The position numbers and the translations under genes are program-made. A DNA stretch of 64,000 nucleotides, taken from assembly GCA_964653095.1 (NCBI GenBank), contig CAZZEH010000001.1, positions 59,833 to 123,832 of the forward strand, written 5' to 3'. Of the stretch, positions 9,177 to 16,810 are shown in pieces (the stretch's first letter is position 1; each line of letters opens with the position of its first letter). Origin of the DNA: an uncultured Chitinophagales bacterium (lineage in GTDB: Bacteria; Bacteroidota; Bacteroidia; Chitinophagales; JADIYW01). The notes beneath the pieces were generated by a model. The model worked only from the letters and a program-made list of their open reading frames with translations, ran no database searches and had not been told where the DNA came from.

Positions 9177-9740
9177 TTATATTTGATGAATTGGATTAAA
9201 TTTCTCTATAGGAATTAGATTGCTTTGAGCAATTTTCAATAAAATCCATTCCGCCTCTTCCTGTGAAACACCTCTGCAAAATATAACCTGTTTATCCGGA
9301 TAATCCATTTGCAGAATATTTCTTTGTTTTTCTTTCCATTCGCCATCCTGATGAACCTTATAAATCTCTCTTCCGATACGGATATTTGAAACATCATGAA
9401 CGAGGTAATAATTTCTCCTGTTGTAAAATATAACCGGTTTCTCAATCAGAATCTGCTCGGGGTTAATTAAGATTTTTTCCCTTCCGAAAAACATAAAACT
9501 GAGTATGGTATATCCCACCAGTCCGGCGGACGACCAGAAAAAAATAATCAAAAGAGTCATAATATTCCACCAAAAACCGGATTCCGGGCGATAGAGATTA
9601 TCAATAATCAGCCAAAGGAATATCACCCACGGAATAGCGGACAAAAAAATCCACATCATCAGTTTCCGATTTTTTTTTACCGGCACCAGTATGGTCAGCT
9701 GACGTTTTTGCATGTGGATGTTGATTCGACCGGCTTTCAT
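9177..9740 (-). CDS. hypothetical membrane protein with two N-terminal TM helices and a bacterial-PH-like C-terminal domain
   Basis: The TM segments are LMMWIFLSAIPWVIFLWLII and WNIMTLLIIFFWSSAGLVGYTILSFMFF. They are followed by a beta-rich soluble part (ILINPEQILIEKPV...VSNIRIG), an architecture typical of bPH/DUF304-like proteins. Confidence 0.55.
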   Translation of the reverse strand: MKAGRINIHMQKRQLTILVPVKKNRKLMMWIFLSAIPWVIFLWLIIDNLYRPESGFWWNIMTLLIIFFWSSAGLVGYTILSFMFFGREKILINPEQILIEKPVIFYNRRNYYLVHDVSNIRIGREIYKVHQDGEWKEKQRNILQMDYPDKQVIFCRGVSQEEAEWILLKIAQSNLIPIEKFNPIHQI

Positions 9741-9918
9741 TCAATAAAAATGATAAAAGAATCACTAAAGTTAAAGATTTCAGCAAAAACATTCCCCGAT
9801 ATATGTTGAACAGGATGAAATCCGGTTACTCAACGGATGATTAGCTTACCGAAGCACAGATTTTATCTATTGATACTCAGATATTACTTTTCTCCTGTTC
9901 TGAATATTCGTGTCTCAT

Positions 9919-10923
9919 TTACGCAGTGAGGTAGTTCCTTTTTGTGTTATACATAAGCAAATATCCTCTCTTGTTTGCATTGCTTAAAAAAGAATGGCTA
10001 ACTAATATTTCCACAAATGGTTGCCTTTCCATAAATGGGCTTATTAGTTTTTCAAACCTGTTTTCCGCAATTCCTATACGCTTTGCAAATTCTGAAAAAT
10101 CGTTTTTCGCCGGATGCCCGCTTTTTTTGTATTGTACACTCTTAAAATCGTCTGAAAACAGTCCTTTGTTTAATGCAAAATCGGTATCGCCCACATGCAG
10201 TTTCGTATTTACCAAATCGTAGGCAGGACTAAGTAGATAATCACCTCTTGAAGATTCCAATAATGAAAAGTTCTTCAAGTGAGCATCACCATTTGAAAAC
10301 ATATAATTGAACACGACTAATGAAAAATACTTTTCTATTTCTACTCGCCATGCGGGAACATATTTTTGTATTAATCGCCCCGCTTCTTCATAGCTGTATT
10401 CATATTTAAAATTAGTCCCGGCATTATCTTTTGTTTTACCTGCTAACGTTGCAAAATCTTCTACGCCCAATTTACTTCCATCTTCTTTTACATCAAATCG
10501 TTTGGTGATGTATGCCGGAGAACCATTCTTAAAAAAAATCATAGCATTTTCAGCTGTTTTCAGACCGTACACCTGTTTGGCTACCTGCATAGTCAAATGT
10601 TCATTAGCAGGGACTTGATCAACTTTTTTTAAATCCCGCGGTATTGGTTTGAGTATGTATGTCCCCTGTTCTCCTTCTTTCGTTAATCTCAATATGTTTT
10701 TATCCAATAGAAAACTTAATTTTTCCTGCACCCCTGATATGGATATACGTTTGCGATTTTCCATAAACTGCTCTGCAACCTGTTCGTTATGTTGGGGTTG
10801 CTCATAAGGTAAAAGATGATTGACTTTCTTTCCATTAAACAAATTTCGCAAGCAGCTCGGGCTGTAAATAGTAAAACCTTCTGCTAAGGTTCCCGGACAG
10901 TATTTTAATTCATCTAAGTTCAT
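9919..10923 (-). CDS. hipT: HipA-family Ser/Thr kinase toxin lacking the N-terminal subdomain (HipT-like)
   Basis: The Gly-rich loop is RISISGVQEKLS. The catalytic motif is SNGDAHLKNFSLL and the Mg-binding motif is LSPAYDLVNT. At 334 aa it matches HipT size. Confidence 0.9.
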   Translation of the reverse strand: MNLDELKYCPGTLAEGFTIYSPSCLRNLFNGKKVNHLLPYEQPQHNEQVAEQFMENRKRISISGVQEKLSFLLDKNILRLTKEGEQGTYILKPIPRDLKKVDQVPANEHLTMQVAKQVYGLKTAENAMIFFKNGSPAYITKRFDVKEDGSKLGVEDFATLAGKTKDNAGTNFKYEYSYEEAGRLIQKYVPAWRVEIEKYFSLVVFNYMFSNGDAHLKNFSLLESSRGDYLLSPAYDLVNTKLHVGDTDFALNKGLFSDDFKSVQYKKSGHPAKNDFSEFAKRIGIAENRFEKLISPFMERQPFVEILVSHSFLSNANKRGYLLMYNTKRNYLTA

Positions 10924-11248
10924 TTGCCTTTATTGGTTTTACAGTTATTGCTCCAATTGTATCATATTGGGCTGTTGCTGCAAGTAATCCGAAATGATCA
11001 TCTTCATCTATTCTCAATTGTGTACTTTGTAATTTCCGGTTTACTCCCTCACTTAACAGGTTGAAAAAAAACGGGAATAAAAATTCGCTGTTATATTCTT
11101 TTTGTGTTTTTGGAAATGTCAAACTGATAGCTGCTTTACTTGTGTCGTTATAGTAGTTGTCGTCATACCTGAAAACATAATGGTTACGACTTTTTTCGGT
11201 AAGTACTCCTGCCAAAACTCCGTTGCGGTATATTTCTATGGTTCTCAT
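10910..11248 (-). CDS. hipS: HipA N-terminal-subdomain protein (HipS-like)
   Basis: The pattern MRTIEIYRNGVLAGVLTE...FPFFFNLLSEG is typical of the HipA N-terminal (couple_hipA) domain. It overlaps the kinase gene by 14 nt. Confidence 0.85.
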   Translation of the reverse strand: MRTIEIYRNGVLAGVLTEKSRNHYVFRYDDNYYNDTSKAAISLTFPKTQKEYNSEFLFPFFFNLLSEGVNRKLQSTQLRIDEDDHFGLLAATAQYDTIGAITVKPIKANELR

Positions 11249-11347
11249 AAGTGAAAAGTGATTAGTGAAAAATAAACTTTCATGGCTTTTCAGTTTTTAA
11301 TATTCCAATTTTCAGTTTCGCTTGTTTCCTTTAACACGATACTCATT

Positions 11348-11557
11348 TTATTTTATACTTTTCACTTTCAACGTGAGCTCTAAGCCCAGCACTTCAGCTA
11401 ATTTGTTCAATACATCTAACGAAGGATTAGCCTGTCCCCGCTCAAGTTTATACAATGTATTGGTACTGATTTTTGCCAATTCTGCTAAGTGGGGTTGCGT
11501 TATGTTTAACTCTTTTCGTCTGCTCTTTATAGTTTCCCCTATATTCTTAACTGACAT
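11348..11557 (-). CDS. hipB: XRE-family HTH transcriptional regulator (HipB-like)
   Basis: The sequence IGETIKSRRKELNITQPHLAELAKISTNTLYKLERGQANPSLDVLNKLAEVLG is a canonical Cro/C1 HTH. It is the first gene of the three-gene operon. Confidence 0.9.
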   Translation of the reverse strand: MSVKNIGETIKSRRKELNITQPHLAELAKISTNTLYKLERGQANPSLDVLNKLAEVLGLELTLKVKSIK

Positions 11558-11608
11558 TTTATTGTGATTTATATGTCAAAGGTATGTTCTTTTTTCAAAT
11601 TATAAAAC

Positions 11609-11632
11609 AAAACCACATCATAATGTGATTTT
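11609..11632. promoter_or_regulatory. candidate HipB operator: imperfect palindrome AAAACCACAT-CATA-ATGTGATTTT
   Basis: The core CACAT-N4-ATGTG lies at 11614-11627. It is 57-75 nt upstream of the hipB-like ATG at 11557. Confidence 0.4.
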
Positions 11633-11965
11633 AGACGTTAAGGTGGCTGTGGTATTAGTACCAAAGTTCGGGACTTGACGTGGTCGGGATTTTTACTGAT
11701 AATCCAGATAGCTTCCGATAACTATCGGAACGGAATTAATCGAAGTTGTCTTCTGCCGCTTTTGTCAAACTGCATATTGTGCCGGTCATACTTCTTTTAG
11801 ATTCTACTGCCGGAGTTGGGAAAGAGATACCCTTTTGCAATTTTTAGTTACGGCATTGGTCGTGCGAAACGAAGTTCACGAACTCCAAAGACAAAATATA
11901 ATTGCTTGGGTAATTGCAAACCCGCCTGTCGGACGGGCATGTGTGTATGGCTTTAAGCGTTGACA

Positions 11966-14900
11966 TTACTTCGTTATTACTCTGTTCTTTTTAAAATTCT
12001 CTGCTTGTTCAAAAATATCTTGATATACTTCGTCTCTTTCAACCGGGGGATAACCGTGTTCATCCAAGAGTATTATCAGTCCGACTTTTAGGGCAGATTT
12101 TATATCTTCTCTTTTGCTCCAATCAGGATATTTTGCTTGTGAGTCCACCAAGTCTTTAACTGCTTGAGCTAATACAATAAGTTTGTCTTCGGGGTAATGA
12201 AAATCATATTTTACACATAAATCTTTAAGAATATCGTAAAAGGCTTTTTCTTCAAAGTCGATTCCTAATTCATCTCCTGCTGTAAATTCCTTTTGGACTT
12301 CCCAAATCAAATTGGTCAGATGTTCCGCCATTTCCTCATAAACTTCACTTCGTAAAACATCATCTTCTTTTCGCTCGTTGTAGCGTTCTACCAGAGTTTG
12401 CATTTTTTTAGTAAAGTCAATTCCTTTTACTTTATTGACTTTCTTCATTTCGCCAATGGCTTTGGCTAAAAGTTGCTGAAGCAATTTAATCTTGGTATGC
12501 GGCAACTTGATTTTATCAATCTTAGCCAAATAATCTTCGGAAAAAAGATCTTGTTCACTTTGCTTTTCATCTCCCAGTACAAAAATTTCTTGTACTCCAT
12601 CGCTTTCCAAAGCATTTTTTATCATTTCACGTACTTTTGCATTCATTTGTGCCGTGTCGGGTGCATTTCCTTTGGTCAGTTTGAAAACAATGGAACGAAC
12701 CGCTAGATAGAAATGAGTATAATCTCTCTCTCTTTGTGTTAATTGCTCACTTCCTGCACAAATATCATAAGCGGCTTTCAGGCGTTTTACCAAGCCCATA
12801 AATCTGATTTCCAATTCTTTGGTTAACTGAACATATTCGGCAGCCATATTCAAGGTGTTCAATTGTTCTAAAGCCGTACCGTTAAAGTATTTTGAACTAT
12901 CAAATTTGTGAAATATTTTAGCCAAAAGATCTAAGTGATTTCTAACCACAATAAGCGATTCCTGAATGTCTTCAAAGTTTTCTCTTTCACCTTTGTTGTA
13001 TTTGGCGAGAGCCATATTCATAGCCTTTTTGATGCCAATGTAATCAACAACTAAGCCTTTATTTTTACCTTTAAATTTCCGATTAACTCTGGAAATGGTC
13101 TGAATTAAATTGTGTTGCTGAATAGGTTTGTCAATGTAAATGGAGTCCAGAAATGGTACATCAAAACCGGTTAACCACATATCCACAACAATAGCAATTT
13201 TGAAGTTGGATTTTTCATTTTTAAACTGCCTGTCCAATTCCTTGCGGTATTCTTTTGTGCCGAGCAGGTCATACATCTCTTTTGGGTCGTCTTTTCCTCT
13301 GGTCATAATCAATTTGATTTTTCCCATTGGTTTTATTTCCCGCTTTTCTTTATCCGTAAGGACTACTCCTTCTTCTGCAATTTGTATTTCAGCCCATTCG
13401 GGTCTCAATGCAATGACGTTTTTATAAAACTCGTAGCCAATATCGCGACTACTACAAACAAACATTGCTTTTCCTTTTACCGTCGCTCCTTCGTTTACTC
13501 TGTTTTCATAGTGCTGCACAAAGTCCTCTGCTAATTTCTGTAAACGATCCGGATCACCCAAAATGGCGTTCATCGTAGCAGTTGCTTTTTTACTTTCTTC
13601 TATTTGGTATTCATTGGCACCTTCTTCGGCTGCTTCTTCGTAGTATTTTTCTATTTTCTCTAATTCGCTGTTGTGCAAAGCAACTTTGGCAGCTCTGCCT
13701 TCATACACTATTCGAACCGTGATTTCATCTCTTACAGATTCCGTCATCGTGTAGGCATCAACTACATCTCCAAAAACGTCTAAAGTTGCATCTATAGGTG
13801 TTCCGGTGAATCCTACAAATGTGGCGTTGGGCAAAGAGTCGTGAAGATATTTCGCAAAACCATAAGTTTTTTTCACTCCATCAGATGTTACTCTGATTTT
13901 TTGATCCAAATTGGTTTGGCTTCTGTGTGCTTCATCTGAAATACATATTACATTGGTGCGGTCGGTCAGCAGTTCCGTATCTTCTGTGAATTTATGAATG
14001 GTGGTTAAAAACACACCTCCACTTTGTCTGCCTTGGAGTTTGGCTCTTAGATCAGCCCTGCTTTCAACGCTTTCGACCATATTGTCGCCGATAAACTGTT
14101 TAGCGTTAGTAAATTGTCCCGAAAGCTGGTCATCTAAGTCGGTTCGATCAGTAATTAATACAATAGTTGGACTTTCGAAATGCTTGCTTTTCATCAACAA
14201 TCGGGTAAGGTAGAGCATTGTAAAACTCTTTCCACTTCCTGTGGCTCCAAAGTAAGTCCCACCTTTTCCATCTCCGTTTGGTCTTTCTGCTATTTTAATA
14301 TTATCGAACAACCTGCGAGCGGCGTAATATTGCGGATAGCGACAAACTATTTTCTCATCTTTTTTGGAAGTGTCAGGAATATATATAAAGTTTTGAATAA
14401 TATCACGCAAACGGTTTTTGTGCAACATTCCCTGAATCAAAGTGAACATACTGTCTATACCATCCACACCTTTTGCTAAACCTGCAATTCTTCGCCAGGC
14501 ATAATAAAACTCATAAGGGGCAAAAAATGAACCTGCTTTGTTGTTTACGCCATCGCTAATGACACAGAAAGCATTGTACTTAAACAATTCGGGAATATCC
14601 CGTTTATAACGTGTGGTTAATTGAACATAGGCATTGTGAATAGTAGTATTTTCCTGAATAGCGGTTTTAAATTCAAATACTACCAATGGCAAACCATTGA
14701 TGTATAAAATACCGTCCGGAATTCGCCTTTCTGTTCCTACAATTTCTAATTGGTTGACGAACTTGTAAATATTGGTGTCTTCCGGGTATTGCACAGCAGG
14801 TTCGGCTACGATAATGTCTAAGTTTGTACTTGGTCGCTGACGGTCTATGCCTGTATAATCAATGAGTGAAATATGAATATCTTTTTGGCTTCTGTCTTCC

Positions 14901-15184
14901 CGTTTTAGGATAAAACCATCTGCCAGCCACCGCATTGTTTTTTTATTGCTTTCGTAAAGGTCTGCCGAAGAAAGCGTTTTAAGTTGCAGAATAATGGTTT
15001 GCGCTTCGATTTCGGTGAGTTTATCGTTTTGATAGCGATTGAGCAAATAGGCTCTTAAGTCTTCTTCAATCAGTACCTCGCTTTCATTGGAACGCACCAA
15101 ATTACTGCCCACAAAATGCGAATAGCCTTCATTTTCTATAAGCTCTATAAACGCTTGCTCTAATTTTGCTTCAGTGAATTTCAT
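11966..15184 (-). CDS. hsdR: type I restriction enzyme R subunit
   Basis: It has helicase motif I GATGSGKSFTM and motif II ISDEAHRSQ, plus an N-terminal HsdR nuclease region. It is 1072 aa and lies in an operon with hsdM and hsdS. Confidence 0.95.
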   Translation of the reverse strand: MKFTEAKLEQAFIELIENEGYSHFVGSNLVRSNESEVLIEEDLRAYLLNRYQNDKLTEIEAQTIILQLKTLSSADLYESNKKTMRWLADGFILKREDRSQKDIHISLIDYTGIDRQRPSTNLDIIVAEPAVQYPEDTNIYKFVNQLEIVGTERRIPDGILYINGLPLVVFEFKTAIQENTTIHNAYVQLTTRYKRDIPELFKYNAFCVISDGVNNKAGSFFAPYEFYYAWRRIAGLAKGVDGIDSMFTLIQGMLHKNRLRDIIQNFIYIPDTSKKDEKIVCRYPQYYAARRLFDNIKIAERPNGDGKGGTYFGATGSGKSFTMLYLTRLLMKSKHFESPTIVLITDRTDLDDQLSGQFTNAKQFIGDNMVESVESRADLRAKLQGRQSGGVFLTTIHKFTEDTELLTDRTNVICISDEAHRSQTNLDQKIRVTSDGVKKTYGFAKYLHDSLPNATFVGFTGTPIDATLDVFGDVVDAYTMTESVRDEITVRIVYEGRAAKVALHNSELEKIEKYYEEAAEEGANEYQIEESKKATATMNAILGDPDRLQKLAEDFVQHYENRVNEGATVKGKAMFVCSSRDIGYEFYKNVIALRPEWAEIQIAEEGVVLTDKEKREIKPMGKIKLIMTRGKDDPKEMYDLLGTKEYRKELDRQFKNEKSNFKIAIVVDMWLTGFDVPFLDSIYIDKPIQQHNLIQTISRVNRKFKGKNKGLVVDYIGIKKAMNMALAKYNKGERENFEDIQESLIVVRNHLDLLAKIFHKFDSSKYFNGTALEQLNTLNMAAEYVQLTKELEIRFMGLVKRLKAAYDICAGSEQLTQRERDYTHFYLAVRSIVFKLTKGNAPDTAQMNAKVREMIKNALESDGVQEIFVLGDEKQSEQDLFSEDYLAKIDKIKLPHTKIKLLQQLLAKAIGEMKKVNKVKGIDFTKKMQTLVERYNERKEDDVLRSEVYEEMAEHLTNLIWEVQKEFTAGDELGIDFEEKAFYDILKDLCVKYDFHYPEDKLIVLAQAVKDLVDSQAKYPDWSKREDIKSALKVGLIILLDEHGYPPVERDEVYQDIFEQAENFKKNRVITK

Positions 15185-16221
15185 TTATCAGTTTCTTTGG
15201 GTGGAAGTTCCTTTTTGATTATTCTATCAAAATCACTTTCAAATAACCTGTCCTGTATAATTCTGTATTTTTCAAACTCACTTTCTGCGTGAATTCTGGC
15301 AATTTCGGCAGTTACTTTGCCTGCATTTTGTAATATTTCCCTATCGGTAGCTGCTATAAATTTATTCAATCGAGTTTCCCAATCTTCCATTGTCATAGGA
15401 ATTTCCCTCGTAGCCATATCTTCCGCTATATCCAAATAGGCGGAAACCAAACGCTGTAATTGTTGCATTTCGTTTTCCGATAAATAGTTTTTAGCTACAC
15501 TAACATCAAATTTTTGGATTTTACCTTTTGGAGCATCTTTCCAAGTGGTCAATCCCATATTTTCTTTTTGGTGGTCGGCTCGATTTATGATTACTTCCGC
15601 TGCTGTTTGCCCGTGAATTGCCCAATGTAATTTATTCTGCACCACAGCAAAAAAGCGTTTGGTTGCCTGAGCAGTTACATCATAATCAATGGACGTAGCA
15701 TAAATGTCCGTTATCTTTTGATAGAATTTTCGTTCACTTAAACGGATTTCCCGAATGCGTTGGAGTTGTTCTTCAAAATACTTTTTACCGAGAATAGTAC
15801 CATCGTTTTTAAGACGTTCATCGTCCATTGCAAAACCTTTAATGGTAAATTCCTGTACGATTTGCGTTGCCCATTTACGGAATAATACGGCACGTTCGGA
15901 ATTTACTTTGTAGCCCACAGCAATAATAGCCGAAAGATTATAGTGTTTGGTATTGTAGTTTTTGCCGTCTTGAGCAGTTATTCGAAATTTTCGAATAACT
16001 GAATTTTCTTCCAATTCACTATCAGAGAATATTTTTTTTAGATGATAATTAATAGTGTGCGTTTCTACATCGTAGAGTGTTCCCATCATTTTTTGAGTAA
16101 GCCAAATATTTTCATCCGCATAGATAACTTCCACTCCGCTTTCACCTGTAGCTGCAATAAATGTTAAGTATTCAGCTGTAGAAGAACGCACCAATGATTT
16201 TTTATCTTTATTTTTTTTCAT
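15181..16221 (-). CDS. rhuM: RhuM-family protein
   Basis: The N-terminal pattern is GVEVIYADENIWLTQKMMGTLYDV...INYHLKNIF-like, with NLSAIIAVGYKVNSERAVLFRKWAT. Its stop overlaps the hsdR start (ATGA). Confidence 0.85.
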   Translation of the reverse strand: MKKNKDKKSLVRSSTAEYLTFIAATGESGVEVIYADENIWLTQKMMGTLYDVETHTINYHLKKIFSDSELEENSVIRKFRITAQDGKNYNTKHYNLSAIIAVGYKVNSERAVLFRKWATQIVQEFTIKGFAMDDERLKNDGTILGKKYFEEQLQRIREIRLSERKFYQKITDIYATSIDYDVTAQATKRFFAVVQNKLHWAIHGQTAAEVIINRADHQKENMGLTTWKDAPKGKIQKFDVSVAKNYLSENEMQQLQRLVSAYLDIAEDMATREIPMTMEDWETRLNKFIAATDREILQNAGKVTAEIARIHAESEFEKYRIIQDRLFESDFDRIIKKELPPKETDK

Positions 16222-16241
16222 ATTATTGGCTATTTTTTCTA

Positions 16242-16355
16242 TTAAAGAAATAAAGTGGATGTTTTCTTTTGTGAAAACCCTAATTAATTTTCTACGCAGA
16301 CATCTATTATGATGTTGTCGTTTGGATTTTGGTATATGAGAATATTGTTGTTCAT
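16242..16355 (-). pseudogene. decayed fragment of a RhuM/Fic-type N-terminal domain
   Basis: The minus strand reads MNNNILIYQNPNDNIIIDVCVEN*LGFSQKKTSTLFL*. This parallels EVIYADENIWLTQKMMGTLY of the intact rhuM but contains an in-frame stop and ends after ~37 codons. Confidence 0.4.
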
Positions 16356-16366
16356 ATTGTCTGGAA

Positions 16367-16795
16367 CTATGATTTAGATTGATTATTTGATGGACTTTGA
16401 TTTCTTTTGGGTTTCATTACTCTTTTGAATTGAAGGGAAGTGTTGCCAAAATTGATGAGCAAGCCTATTTCCATATTATACGCCTCCAAATAATTAATAG
16501 CTTGAGCTAAATGCACATCTTCCAGTTCTTTGACAGCCTTAATTTCCAACATAATTTTATTTTCAATAAAAAAATCAACTCTCCTTTTACCTATATCATA
16601 TCCTTTGTATTGTAAAGGCATTTCTTGTTCTCTAACGTGGACGATACCCTGCATGTTTAATTCTATGGATAATGCTCTTTGGTACACTACTTCCTGAAAT
16701 CCATTTCCCAAATATCTGTGTACTTCCATTGCACAGCCAATAATCTTGCCTGTTAATTCTGAATATTTGTATTGTTCATTAATCATAGTATTCAT
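16367..16795 (-). CDS. GxxExxY-family protein (PD-(D/E)XK-like)
   Basis: It contains the GFQEVVY (GxxExxY) motif, D..ENKIMLEIK (D-E-x-K), and the pattern HLAQAINYLEAYNMEIGLLINFG. Confidence 0.85.
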   Translation of the reverse strand: MNTMINEQYKYSELTGKIIGCAMEVHRYLGNGFQEVVYQRALSIELNMQGIVHVREQEMPLQYKGYDIGKRRVDFFIENKIMLEIKAVKELEDVHLAQAINYLEAYNMEIGLLINFGNTSLQFKRVMKPKRNQSPSNNQSKS

Positions 16796-16810
16796 TCAAT
16801 CATTTTAAAA

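Noticed and set aside
9601-9792. A 63-aa ORF with a signal-peptide-like N-terminus (MFLLKSLTLVILLSFLL) overlaps the start of the 187-aa membrane-protein gene.
   Set aside because: It overlaps the better-supported ORF in another frame. Its hydrophobic start is the translation of an A+T-rich promoter region, and nothing else supports it.
11920-11945. The GC-rich hairpin just downstream of the hsdR stop as a rho-independent terminator.
   Set aside because: The stem is only ~6 bp including a G-T pair, and only three T residues follow on the minus strand. This is too weak to annotate as a terminator.
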